NCBI GenBank assembly: GCA_051362555.1
Contig: CM120644.1
Coordinates: 3,852,954 to 3,916,953, forward strand
Source of the DNA: Lingula anatina
Taxonomy: Eukaryota > Animalia > Brachiopoda
Direction of reading: 5' to 3'
Length of the DNA: 64,000 nucleotides
In this document: piece after piece, positions 40,185 through 53,817 of the stretch
How the letters are laid out: every line of letters starts with the position of its first letter
How positions within the stretch are numbered: the stretch's first letter is position 1
Position numbers and translations under genes: made by a program
The notes under the pieces: generated by a model
What the model saw: only the letters and a program-made list of their open reading frames with translations
Told to the model about the DNA's origin: nothing
Databases searched by the model: none

Positions 40185-40921
40185 TAAAGATGAACAAAAA
40201 CTACAAAACAGACATGTGACTGTACAGAGCGAATTCTGATGCTGATTCTATAAATTAAAAGACATGCCGTGTCGTTTCTTTTAATATGTGGCATTTTTGT
40301 TTTTTACTTTTATTGAAATCACTGTGGGGAAGCATATGCATGAATGAGGGGATCCATGTTCTTAATTTGAATAAAGGGTATAAATACGGATATCTTTACA
40401 CGTAGTTTGACTTATAGGCCTTATCGACAATGTAGGTGACAGGAAGTATGTTACTTACAAAATACATTTTTGATGAAGTGAGGTATAAAAACACTAGGCC
40501 TTTCTCTAACACATTGATTTACTCAGTGAACCGCTTTTCAATTTACCTTCTAGATCACATTTTCTAGATCACATTGTAATGACTGTGTTTCATCCAAGCG
40601 ATTTTTATTTTGCCAAATATTTGTTTCTTTAGCATCAACTCTCACTGTCATCAATACGACTTTAACTAACCAATATGACGTACAACCAATTATCTAAAGT
40701 TCCACTTTTTTTCTTTAGTCTTACTCTTATATTTTTGTAAAGTATCTATGGAAATGGGGTCTTTCATGCTGTACAGGTAATAGACCGACTAGTAAGGCAA
40801 CCTTCTTCTACTCATGTTCATGTGCTATCACTGGGATGAGATGTGTTAGCTGTACCTTGGCCCAGCTGCAAGCGCAATAACCAACTCAACCAATGTCATT
40901 CAATCAGTCAAACAAACAGGA

Positions 40922-41147
40922 CTGGGCTCGGAATCTCGAAAGGTTCGCTATGTTGCGCACGCGTGTTAGTGTCTCGATGCCATAACCGATTCTATTTCGA
41001 GATACGGGGCCATGAAATCGAGACTCACTTGCACGTACGCAAGTGTCTCGATTTCATGGCCCCGTATCTCGAAATAGAATCGGTTATGGAATCGAGACAC
41101 TAACACGCATGCGCAACATAGCGAACCTTTCGAGATACGGAGCCCAG
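40922..41147. mobile_element. Almost fully palindromic ~225-bp MITE
   Basis: CTGGGCTC.GAATCTCGAAAGGTTCGC... is the reverse complement of ...GCGAACCTTTCGAGATACGGAGCCCAG over ~110 bp per arm; absent at paralogous sites near 10860 and 30390. Confidence 0.85.
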
Positions 41148-41223
41148 GTCTATTTGTGGGTATAAGATGAGCTCGCAACCTTATAGTGTGGTTTACAGAT
41201 GCTGTGTATTGAAATAGTACTTG

Positions 41224-42358
41224 TAGTCCGGTGGCTTAAGGAAAAAATCGTGACACGGCGGATAAAAGCACCAAATTTTGCATGTGGGTACCTTTTGACA
41301 TTCTAAATCAATTAGAGCCGTAGCCCACGGAAAAAAATTACCGTTTGGCCAAAAAATTCCAAAATGGCCGCCAATTTATTGAATTATTTAGAAATATGTA
41401 CATACCTATGTTGATTTTTATCAAATAAATTATTTTCTCAGAGTTTTCCACACCCTTATTACCCATTTTATTCATATATGTCAGATAGCAAACAAGTTCC
41501 CTTGGATTTTTTGAAAAAATCCAAGATGGCTGTCATTTGCCATAGAAACAGCCATATGAATACTAGTGCACAACTATTACCAGCTAGAACGATACGTTGT
41601 CCACTATCAAATTAAGTCTGTTTCTCGGATCTTTGTTACCCACATAATATTTTTGTGGTGAGTAACTACGAAGTGTTCTTGGGCATTTTGGAAAATCCAA
41701 GATGGCTGCCATGTGCCACAGGAATTCTAGTATACGGGGGATTCAACTAATGGCAACTGGAAAGATTAGTTTTTTACTATCAAATTAAGCTGGTTTCTGA
41801 GTGTTTTCCACATCCTTTCTACCCACACAATATGTATGTGGTGAGTAACTAACAGTATTCTTGGGCATTTTGAAAAAATCCAAGATGGCCGTCACATGTA
41901 ATAGGAATACTTCTACATGTATCAATTCCAACATGAAATAAAGCCTTTGATGTTTAAACATGTTGACATCCTCATTAACCTTACTCTTTATAAATCTGGT
42001 GTGTAGCAAGTGTGCATCTTGCGTATTTGAGAAAATTCAAGATTGCTGCAATTCACAATAGGAATAGTACAGTCAACTACTGCCAGAGAGACATTGGGTT
42101 CAATATAAAATGAATTTTGTTTCTCGGTATTTCCCACATTCTTTTTGGACTTTAAGATATCTATCTGGTGGGTAACAAGTGTATACCCTTAAGTATTTTG
42201 AAAAAATATCATGATTACCCTCATTTGCCGTAGAAGTGCCTATAAAATCTAATGCACCAGTTTTCCTATGGGGAAAAGAAGGCAATCTAGGATTTCCCCA
42301 AAATGATAAAATATGGACATTAATTACCTAACAGATATGTATCATGGGATAACAATAC

Positions 42359-42398
<40 letters not shown>

Positions 42399-42780
42399 GA
42401 ATTCAGCTTCATTTTATTTGTAAGCCTATCTCTCGCAGGTATTAACTGAACCCCACCTTATATGGCTAATGGCAGCCATTTGGTTTTGTTTTCAAAAAGG
42501 ATTCACATAACATTCTCATCACATATGTATTATGTGAATTAAAAAGATGTGGAAAATACTCAGAAACAAACCTAATTTATCAATTAATATTATATCTCCA
42601 TGGCAGAAGAAGCCCTATGTGTATACTAGTATTCCTTTGATATGGGGGCCATCTTGGATTTTTCTCGAATTGCCTGTGAATAAAGGTTAGTTACTCACCA
42701 CAAATATATTATTTGTGTAATAAGAAACAAAATTAGTTACATAGTGGGCAATGCATCTTCCTAGTTGGCATTAGTTACTT
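41224..42780. mobile_element. Non-autonomous foldback-like element with repeated AAAATCCAAGATGGC motifs; boundaries approximate
   Basis: Motif in direct orientation near 41357, 41516, 41692, 41876 and 42033, inverted near 42472 and 42647. Central poly(A) 42360-42396. Homology to paralogous spacers stops at ~41223. Confidence 0.55.
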
Positions 42781-44697
42781 GAAAACCCTGTTGTTATTAC
42801 TTATAATTTTCTTCATTAATTTGGTTACACTTATTACACACTTTATTAATTTTATATTATGGCACTTATATAGTTGGGGAGATGTTATATTATCTCCCCA
42901 GTTTTGTAACTACGTATTTTATTTGCTTCGTCATTAATAAATGACAATTATCAATCATATGTACTTTTCTTATTTACTTTGGAGCAAAAACAGAGCTTCG
43001 TTGTGCTTGTTAACATTTGGCTACATAAATTTGTACATGTGTTTTACTGTATCTGAGGGTGCTTATAATACAGATGCGGCAGGTTTCATTGAATCATTTC
43101 TCTGATGTTAATTCAACCTATCGAGACGACGTGGATTTGCTGTAACAATCTGACTAGCTAAGGTAAGGTTTTGAGCAAATGTATCTCATATGTTGATGTT
43201 TAAAGTTAATAACAGTATTGAAATGTACATTTTTCATGCATATGGAAGGAATGTCCTAAACGTGTATACATATAATTTTTTAGTACGCTTAATTCAAGTG
43301 TGGGCTCGAAATAGGACATTACGTTTTCGTCTTACTCAGTGGATATTAATCCTACTGAGCACCTGTGGCAGTAATTGGAATGTGCATTGCAGAGGAGAAC
43401 CAATTCTTAAATAATCTTCACCAATTCCGCCACGCTCTTTAGGATGAATGGGACAATATCGAACATAACAGAATTGTTACCCGTGTTGAAGACTTTTCGC
43501 GCCGTCTACAGGAGATAATCGCGGTACACGGTAGACGCACACGCTGTTAGGCAGCTGACCTTTAACGAGCACAACCTAATGCTAATTGTGTGTGAATTTG
43601 GTGACATTTGATGGCGTCTTTTTAATTTAATAAACATTTCTTTAAATCTGTAGAAGTCACAGTGAAACAGTGGATTTGAGGGGGTACCTCTTATAAATTT
43701 TACTAAATGGTATAAAATGTGTATATTTTCACCACTATTTTGTATTTTTGTTACCCATTAATCATGTTAGACACGGTATCTGAAATAAAAAGCATTATTT
43801 CTAACAATTTACAGCTGTGAAGTGATCATTTGTAAATAAAAGTACATGGTAATGGGGGTGGGACAACCTTTTTTACCAATGTTGTATAAAGACAAGGAAC
43901 AAAATAATACGAACACAGAATGACTCCATGTATTTTCCTTGATTAAATTGAACCCATCAAATGTGGTGCAGATGCCAAGCTAAATGTACCGGTATTAAAT
44001 TATATTGTCCATCGGAAGGCATACAAACTGTCTCTAAAACCAGGGAGTCAATAGCTGAGCTCCTGACCTGTTTAATGGGCCGAAGAAGACCAAGACCACA
44101 ACAAGCAGTTACACACCTTGTCCTTGTTCAATGGGAATACAATTTTTGCTTCTAAACGAAATGCTTTCTTCGACATAGTGAAATATTGAAATCTGTCATA
44201 CGGTGAAAATTGCTCCACCTATATCAACCTGTGTGCATATATTGTATGCTATGGGTAATTATAACATAAATTGCATTCTGTTAGTCGTGTAGCAGGACTC
44301 CAGTCATCAAGTAGCAATCTAGATGCGATCGATGAAAGAAATTAAAGAAATTTGTAGGGAAACAGTTTCTGTTACGCGAAATTAGACAGAATATGTATCG
44401 TTGGTGAGGGCCATTTTCACATTGTGCTTCACAAAGATTATTCATCATGTGTATTTATACAATCTGAGACAACCCGCTGCACAAAGCATAGATGGACATA
44501 TATTGTTCTTGAGGCTGGCCTTATCTTAAGTCAAATATTTCTTTTTTATTCCGAACCGAAATTGACCAATGGTCCAATCATCTTGTGAAACAGTGCTCGG
44601 GAGTAAATGGCTGCTTGCTTCTAGTTGTTTACGTATTTATTGTTTTAAAATTTTAGGTTGTGATCCGAGGTTATTTGCCGTGGTGCGACATTTGAAT

Positions 44698-47600
44698 ATG
44701 AGACGAACATTAGGACGAAACCTGTTCTCACTCTTTACAATCAGTATAATCATGTTACTGCTGGTTGTGAACTATACCTGGAAGCAAAGATACGCTGCAT
44801 CAGTCAAGAAACACCTGGTAGGCCTACTTTATTTATAAAGCTGACAGCATGAAGTTAAATACTCTTCTTTGACTATTTGAACAATGTATATAATAACTAT
44901 ATTTGATTAAAATTCTTGCTTTTGTTTCAAGGTAAAAGCACGTGTATTATCTTGCACGTAATACATTAGGTACAATGATGTTTAGGTGGTTGTCAGAATA
45001 AATTGAGCTTTTATATACTAGCAAAAAATTAATAAATAAAATAAAATATAATAAAATAAAACTCAAGTTTTTTGGTTTAACTAGTCACCCTTCTCGATTC
45101 TTTCAACAGTTCAGCTCTTAACTCTGACTGTGGCAGGCAGGTGCTGGCAGTTATGCAGTAGTCTGCCCAATGCATTATACCTGTCGGTATGCTCAATGAA
45201 AGACATTAACGGTTTCAATAAGAAGAGTCTCGATGTGCTTTTACTGCAAGTCTGCCTGTGCCAGTCTGCCAGCATGGCGACAGAGGCCTTGTCCTGCTAG
45301 AGCTGGCATAGAGTTTGATTCTGATGCATGAATGATGCAATAAGTACGAGTTCTGTATGGGAATTATCAATTATGCCTTCCCGAACCATAACACTGTGTC
45401 AACGGCAGGGGCGGATTGGGGCCATCTTCTGGGTCTTCCGGAAGACAGTCAGATTTTCAAGTTAACATTGACGGGTTTTATTATTATTTTTTTGTCAAAA
45501 ATTGAAGATGGATCAACAAAGATAATAAGAAGACTGTCAGAAAATATCTCTGGATCTGCCCCTGAACGGCAATGGCCAATGGCACGACCCCTGTCCAGAG
45601 TCGACAGCCGTGCCATGATGTCAGCATGGATTCAGTTTCCTAAACTTGTTTTTCTGATTTCAGTGTCCAATAGTATTGACTGTGGACAACTGAATGATGT
45701 ACGTACGACTTTTGACTCATTTGTGTCCGGATAGGAAGTATTAAACTCTCGGGCTAGACATTGTCTAGAACAACCCAAACGTGTCAGTGCTGTAGGCCTA
45801 CTGCAGGACGGAGATGCTATTCTGTCACTGAATACAATGACAATACTAACGTTCATATTTAAGCATTTGAAGCACTGTGGAGGAGACAAAAACTTGAATT
45901 TTATTTTCTTTTTTGCTAGTATTATATAATTGGGATTATTTTACATTTGTATTTTTTTCAGGTCCCTCAAAACAGCAACAGCGGGCAGGTTCAATTGACC
46001 GAAGGTATGTCAATTTTAATTTTGTACAAAAATTGTAATTCCAATGTGATTCCAATGAGCATATTAAAGGGATAATAACTCTTCGTATGAGATCAATATT
46101 TCACAATAAAAACAATTGTAAACAACTCCTAGAAATATGATATACCACAAATACGGCAGTTATAGCTATTATTCTGATATCTGAGCTTGTCTTTAGACCA
46201 CGTGACCTCCATTGATGGCTGTACTTTGTTGTAATCTCTTAAGAGATTATAACACAAAAACAAACTTTTTAGAAAGAAAAACAGGGACTAAGTTTGAATG
46301 TAAAAATGGATTCATTAACCATTGGTAAATATGGGAAAATTGTTGTTTACTCCAGGAAAATTCATTTTTTGACCAAAACGAAGAGTTATTATCCCTTTAA
46401 TATGTAGATTCGTGTCATGTCCATAATACAAACAGGTATCAAAGCATTCTCATATTATAAAATCAACTTACCCTCCTGTCAGAACAAAATTCATACATCA
46501 AGTTTTATATTTGATTATTTCGAAAAAAAATGATCATGCATTAATTTACTTTAAAGAAATACAGACTTGACATTTAATATAGAATTCAGTTTAAGAGGTA
46601 AGTCTGTGTATAAAACATATTGTTTATAAAAAGATCTTTTCTCTCTTATGAGATATTTGAATAGAGAATTGTGTACTCAGATTTGTCAGTACTAATTAAA
46701 TGCCTACCTTGTCATTAGCACTCCTGCATTACGTTCTATGCGGTTATTTTATTGGATGTTACTCTTGGGTTGGTTTATGGTTGCACGGGCTCATCCCCGT
46801 CGGGGAACACGCCTCCTATTGTTTCCAAAGTACTCTTATAATAACCAATTTTCTGTATTCTACTCGACGACCAGAAGGGGGGTGTTCATCTGGCAACTGA
46901 TTGCATTCAGTAGGGTTGATCTTCAAAGACCAATAGCTTCAATCGGAAAAGACATCTTCGACAGAGCACGGTAAAAGCAGGTGACTTTACCAGACAACTT
47001 CTGAGGAAGCCACCGTGAACAGCACAGTATCGTCGTCTATATCTCTGATTGAGTTTTGAACCATCAACGGTTCCAGTTCCAGTCCATTGGAGTCATGTCC
47101 ATTGGAGCCATGTGGTTTTTGCGATGAAGATGAAGAAGTTTCGCCAAGGTGGTGAAACAAGAAATCACAGATATCCTGAATAGGCCTAAGACGACGAGTG
47201 TGTGTCTCTCCTAGTGACTGGGGTCGGTGACAGCATCAGTATTTGGAGTGGCATTCACATAGGGACCAAAGCACTAATGTTTAAGTTAACGATAAAAAAT
47301 CTGAGCCACGACAAACACCTGACTGTGCTACACACTACCATTTGTAAGAGGGTACCTTATGAACCATTTTATTTTTCAAGATGCTGACGTCTGTCCACAC
47401 AGAGCACTTGTATTCGCAAATTACTTGCAGAACCAAGAGAATGGGTAGCTACCGCGTCCATCAAAACCCCAGATTTGAACCAAATTGACATTTTGAGGGA
47501 AGCCGTTACTTCCTGAAACAAAGGCATCTGGTCCTACAACAAAACTGAATCAAATTGAAAAAGCTCTGACCGATGCCTGGAATGTTATCCTTGCTTTAAT

Positions 47601-48858
47601 TTCAGGAAACGCTTAAGAGCCCTGGTAGCAGCCAAAAAATAATAATAATTACTATTTTAATAAATATTTTGGATTTAAATGGTTGTTGCTCGACTAAAAA
47701 TCAGTCATGTATTATGTCTGTTTAATTAAGGTAGATCGAATTAAGAACTGGTACCACAGTGACACTACGGAGATAATTAAATTCATTCTTGCTTTCATTT
47801 ATCAGTCATAATAAAAGGGCGAACCGAAGAAAAAATTATTTGAAAAAGTATTCAATATTTATTTATGTAGATAATTCTTTCAATATACAGGAAACTACAA
47901 GAGGCATTAAATCATCCTAGCATAGAGTATATGATAAACATTTAGTAATTGTGTTACCGTTTCAGGACAGAGCAAGATTGGTTATATATGGGATGATACA
48001 GACAGCACCCATTCCTTCCCACCTTGTGGCCAAATTTGCAATTTTTCCATGCATAAGAAAAAAGAAGACCTTTTCCTAAGAAAAGAATTCAACTGTAAGA
48101 ATATTTTTCTCAGATTAAAGAATCCGCCCGGGAAAGTTTACATACCGCCCTTGAGACAGCCACCACCAGAGCTGCTTCTGGATTTCACACAGAATGGCAG
48201 TTTGGTGTTGAGTCCTAAGTACAAGGATGGCACACGTACGGACCGGAAAGTACACCGTAAATTGGAAGAAATCAAAACTCTCCTGGCTGATGATAAAGTG
48301 AAAAATATCGCCAAATATGACCTACAGGGCGTTGGCTACAAGCAGGTTCTCTCCAAATACCAAGATCAATTGAAAGGCAAGTCAGGAATGGTTATTGGAA
48401 GTATAAATCCTTGGGTTGAAGTCATTTTATTAAATCTTGGTGTGAAACACGTGACAACTGTTGATTACAACCCTGTTTTCTTTGACCACCCACAGCTGTC
48501 TTTCGAGTTTATGTCAGATTTAGCGGATGAAATCACCAAGAACCAATCGCTCCTAATGGACTTTGCTGCTTCGTTTTCTTCTTTGGAACACTCTGGTCTT
48601 GGTCGCTACGGGGACCCCATCAATCCAAATGGCGACCTGGAGGCAGCAGCTCAAATATGGTGCATGCTTAAGCCTGGTGCGTTGTTTTATCTAGGTATAC
48701 CAGTCAACTTTGGCACTCCGGAGGGCTGGTTGGTATTTAATGCACATCGTATATATGGGGAAGCTAGGATTGAACAGATCACTGCAAATTATGAGATACT
48801 CGAACGCTCGCCGGTTGGTAGATTGCATGGTGTCTTTGTCTTAAGAAAAGTGCTTTGA
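44698..48858 (+). CDS. DUF268-family protein, copy 6 (exons 44698-44817, 45962-46004, 47966-48858)
   Basis: Canonical junctions and open frame. The Met near the start of exon 3 is ATT here, supporting the upstream exon-1 start. Confidence 0.85.
45406..45564. mobile_element. 159-bp MITE with 5-bp TSD
   Basis: TIR CAGGGGCGGAT / ATCTGCCCCTG; TSD AACGG (45401-45405, 45565-45569); empty site (TGTCAACTGCAAT) in copies 3 and 5. Confidence 0.8.
46068..46396. mobile_element. 329-bp Kolobok-like MITE with TTAA TSD
   Basis: Perfect 19-bp TIR AGGGATAATAACTCTTCGT, TTAA on both sides; absent from the matching intron of copies 5 and 7. Confidence 0.82.
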
Positions 48859-50054
48859 TAAAAATGAACAAAATTAAAAATTTACTATTGTATAAGGAAC
48901 TTTATCGGTGGTTTATTATTAGTCTTTATTTGCCTGTTAGCAACATTTTGCAAAAAGTGTCAGCAACAACGAGTTATGGAGGGATTTTCTTGAATTTTTA
49001 GTATACCGTGTAAGAAGGAAATGGGTTAGAATTTGGTGATTAAGTAGTCAATTGGTTAATTATTGACTAATTGTTTATCATAAAATAATTGTTAAAGAAA
49101 TGGGCTCTTGGTGATTAATAAATAAATTGGTTTGTTATTAAATCGGTTTAATGAGTTTATTCATAAGTAATAGTGATTAAATCCGAATTAATTATTTAAA
49201 TATCGTTTTAATAAGCGGTTATCAATTATAATGAGAATTGAGATGCTTTGGCAGAGGTCAGTTCATTTACATAAAATCTATCCATCTTTATGTATTCATT
49301 GCATTATGGTAACCTAGTGAAATATTCTAAAGTCGTATAAACCAATCAATATGGCAGTCGAGCGTCAAAAGAGATTATAATCGCAAAAATTGCAGATAGT
49401 TTGTAATGTAAGTGTTATTAGAATTCCGTTATGTTAATGCCTCCAATTATTCTTTTACAAAGCAATTTGCGTCGGATAAACCGACATCCGAGCATAAATT
49501 TAAAATTATAACGAGGCCTCCTGACCAACTCACGGGTGAACAACTTCCTGAGAACAGGCGGTTGCCCTGAAACGCCACAGTTAACCTAGGTATGTTGCCC
49601 CATCAGGAAACGCCTATAGAAGTGCATGCCTGCAAAATCTAGTTCACGAGACTATTCACCACAGATAACTGTAGAGAGCAAGAAAAGGCCTTGTTATGCA
49701 ATACATGTCATATATATTGGCCTAACTGTGAAATTGCGAATGAAAAGGTTAAGGAAGAATAAGATTACAGTATGTTATAGACCGCTGTGTACATAAAATA
49801 TTTTGCCCGCAGTAAGTTGATAGTCAGACAAAATGATTTGCGGACATTTTCAGGCGTGTGCTCTATACCTGTAATTTACCCTCCGACGAAGTTAAGTAAT
49901 ATAGCAGGAAGTGTTTTTTTTAATCAAAATTCATTTTTAACACCAGTCACTGAAAGGTATTTCGGCCTCAAATTGAGGACGGTGTGGGTAGTAACAGTTC
50001 TTCTTGCATTTTCTATCAGTAAATATTTTTAACCTGATTTTTTTTTTTCTTTCG

Positions 50055-50331
50055 CCAGCATATGTCTGCTAGGGTTAGGCCTACATCAAATAGTCTGTGA
50101 CTGCATGGCTGCGTTCTGACACATACAGACCTTATATTCTATTTTTAAAAAGTAAAAAAAAGCTTCTGTAAAATTCAAGATACTTGATAGAAGCCGACAA
50201 ACATGTACAAACACGACTGTGAAGAGACTGGATCCGTTCCATGACCGTCCCTCCAGTCTGCCATATATTACCCATTTTACACCGCTCAAATGTAGACGAC
50301 AGATATCAGTGGCTGAAAGTAAAGTTGGCAG
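50055..50331 (+). pseudogene. Degenerate 5' relic of a third DUF229 gene
   Basis: ACAAACACGACTGTGAAGAGACTGGATCCGTTCCAT...CCGCTCAAATGTAGACGACAG...GCTGAAAGTAAAGTTG matches ~33150-33270, with indels. Confidence 0.8.
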
Positions 50332-50629
50332 ACATGGACTACCAGCCTAGGAGTAAAATTAAGTGACTCCTCTTGTGGTGGATGCCATTACTATCATAGA
50401 GTTCGTGAGAATTGGACACGATTTTTAAATTCTTAAAAGACTGATATGAATGATTTAATCTTTAGAAAGTTGATTTAGAATATCAAGGCGTTGATTCAGA
50501 TACAGGTATATAAATTGAAACTAATGTTGAGAAAATTGGTTCAGTTTTTATGTGTCAGATGGCTGATATAATTTTAACTGTATAATTTAAAATGTATTTT
50601 ATTTTAAATTACTATTAAATGTTTAGTAA

Positions 50630-50632
<3 letters not shown>

Positions 50633-50672
<40 letters not shown>
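50633..50672. repeat. (CA)n microsatellite
   Basis: Direct reading. Confidence 0.95.
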
Positions 50673-50675
<3 letters not shown>

Positions 50676-53600
50676 TTTTCGTTTATCCGTTCATATTCGG
50701 CAAGGCGGAAAGGATGATATAGCATTTTCATGTAACAAACCATGCAAATTGGTTTTTCAGATAGAATAAGATATAGCTAGACCTGTTGGATAAGACACAC
50801 TTTGTCTCTGATTATGGGAATATTGGTCTGGAAGATTATCAATATCAACGTGGCAATGGATAATCAGAAATTTAAGCGTCGTCTTCCCGAGGATGGACAT
50901 TCCGTGATGAGTCATTTATTTATAATGACGTTTCTTGTGTTAAGGTGTAATTCATCGGGATTAACAACAACAACAATAATAATAATAATAATAATAATAA
51001 TTTACAGAGCACAGACATGTTTTGTTTTTTTACATTTAAATGCTTTCTAACTACCATGTAAATATAAGTTAATAAAACTGATAGTATTTAAATTAAAAAA
51101 AAAATTAAATCTATAAAATTTGTATATCTTAAATGTAAAGTATATGTACAGTAGTTGTTGTATGATAAACAGTGCTAGTTGAAAGATACACTCGAAGTAA
51201 CCGGAGATTCACAATAACGCATATAAACCACTCAAATTACGTTGACAGGGATAAACCGATTTACTCACTTCAGAAACCATGAAAAAACTATAAAACTGCA
51301 CATTCTTCAATTTATTTTTTTCGTCGTTAATTCAAGTAGTTATCTGCCCCGGCTGTACATAAACACATATTGTACGCAGAAAATATTCGTTCAAATAACA
51401 ATATTTGGGGAAGTGTGAAACGATATCCTTTGGTAAATATGTAAGATATACTGTTTGAAACTATACGGTAGCATTTGGCCGGCTTCTGTTGCAAAAAATT
51501 AACTTCATATACAAACGCTTTCAGTAGATGTCTCAATAAGTACTGGATAGTGCAGCCCGGTGTGTTAGTTTGAATCGTTTTATGTAGGCATATCTTCACA
51601 AACACAACGAAGCTCTGCTTTTTCTCCAAAGTAAATGGTATCTGAAAATTGTAATTCTTTAATATGAGGAAACGTTACAAAACAGTGGGGGAGGGCGGTA
51701 TCAAAACGACGTCAAATAATGTTATCACACATACAAAAAGTTGGCGAAAGAGAAAAAAACAATGGTCACAGGATGAGAGAGAATCTCACAACCCTCCCAC
51801 CCAAGATGATCTTATCAACATTGCAAGCCATACAAGTCATTTTTGTACTTTAGAATTGCCAGAGAGTAAACGAAGAGAGTGGTGACCATGCTGGTTTGTA
51901 AAAACTACAACTGTCAGCAGTGGTTCAGTTTGATAGTGGGATAACTGAAGCGTAAAAAATAAGTTTACACTGCGTAATATAAAATGTTAAATATTCATCC
52001 TGATACATGGACATATATTTTCTCTGTATCAAGTAATTGGCACCTGGCCCAGATTCATGGGCATGAGAATAAATTAATAGATTGAGACTAGAACCACAAA
52101 GAACATAGAACCACAGTTATTATAGCTATCCCTTAACATATCCGGCACATTTCGCAACATATTCCTACTGGGGTCGATTACCACATCCGGGGCAATATCA
52201 ATGTAATACCGATTTTTTTGTGTGTTCTTATACAACAGAAGCTTTTTGGTAAATTAAAAACCATTATAATGCACAAAGCTAAGAACTATACAATACTCTC
52301 CTATGTAAATCTGGGAAATTATAGATTAGCTGAAGGAAGTAATATATACTTTTTTAAAATAAAATTTTTCTTAGTTCTCAGCCGTAATTCTGATTATGTA
52401 TTGTATGTCTAAAAATTCCTCTATGCATCCTTTTTGACATTTAAGTGGATAATACGGAAATACTGCTGAAAAAACATGGACTAACTTTGAATGCAGGAAC
52501 AGATTTTATTGGTAAGTATGGAAATATCGGTCTTTTACCCCAGGGAAATCCGATTTTTGGCTACAAGGGACAATTGTTATTCCTCTAATGTCCTCGCGTA
52601 GCTGGCTTTTAGTATATAGTCACTAAGATGGGTAGTTGTAGTGACTGGTTTCCGTGTTTGGCAGCCCAGGGGCCAGCAAATCCTGCTATCTGATGTGGTA
52701 TTATTGGCAATATTTTATACCTGTCACACATGCCGAAGCTTTACGGAAATCGTCAAAGGGTAGAAAACGCCTTCAAAATATAATTTTAAAAGTTATTATC
52801 AAATTCAAACTATGGCCACTATCTTCTGTCTGTCCTCAGGTATTGCTAACACTTGTCAGTTGTCAGCAGGTCGTTGTAGTTTGGGAGGAAAACGTGAAAA
52901 GGAGACTTCGGCTGATCTGCTTTTATAATATAGATTTACTCCCAAGCCGCCGTTATATGACTTAACATAAAACACTCACATTGGAATTTTCGAACTGTGA
53001 CTTTGAACTCCCTTAGTTTTACCAATGTTCCAGATACATTTTCTAAAAGTTTGTGTGTTGTACACATTAATGCTATTGATGAATAACATTGCGCCTTATT
53101 ATTCTCAAACTCACTAGGGTGATTAATGGTATGTGACTACAGCTAAATCAAATGTTTGAATGGCAGCTTTACTGGATTTTTCTGCCTTTTTAAATTTTCA
53201 TTTTTCATACACTGTCATTTTCAAGATATAACGTCTTGTGCCAGTAACATTTTTGTATTTCCACTTAAGCAATAGCATTGGTGAAGATGCTTTTAAACAT
53301 AATATAAAATTATTCTCTGCACTGTCATCATTATTGACATATTGGGGTTTTTTTTTGTGTATGAATTTGAACTCCCATGGGCCTGGATCTATATTCTTAT
53401 AGTGCAGGTTACTTATTGTGCATGATTAAAATTTAGTGTTGATTGCCAGCGCTGTTAAGGATTATTTGTTATTACTTCAAAATTGACAAAATAATCTACA
53501 GGTATTTTGTGCATCTTTATTTTCTGTTTTTTGATTGTACAGTTGTTATCTTTGAAACCTTGTTTCCCTTTCCCATATGTTTATAAATGCTTCATTGTTT

Positions 53601-53817
53601 TACCATTGATTATAAACGAAAGTACCAGCATTACCACATACGAGCTGTGTTCTACATCCTTTTTCTTATCATACATTTTACAGTCATTTAGATATTACCT
53701 ACGTTATTCCCGTTTATTTTGCAAGAGAATACTGCCAATGATACTGCTAAGGGCCCCCAACGCTTTGGTTTATTTCTTGATTAGGAAGTTCATTATATAA
53801 ATGAAAATTGATCGTTT

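Larger units (their letters stand above)
25766..40440 (+). repeat. Segmental duplication unit B (DUF268 copy 4 - DUF229-B - DUF268 copy 5); boundaries approximate
   Basis: Collinear with 5497-24240, including introns, TE relics and microsatellites. Confidence 0.85.

Noticed and set aside
5497-40440. Units A and B as uncollapsed haplotypes
   Set aside because: Strong protein divergence between copies 2 and 4, further paralogues on both sides, and TE differences favour a real tandem array. Not fully excludable without reads.
51000-53800. Short ORFs of 60-103 aa
   Set aside because: No motifs, paralogues or convincing splice structure; treated as intergenic or decayed repeat DNA.
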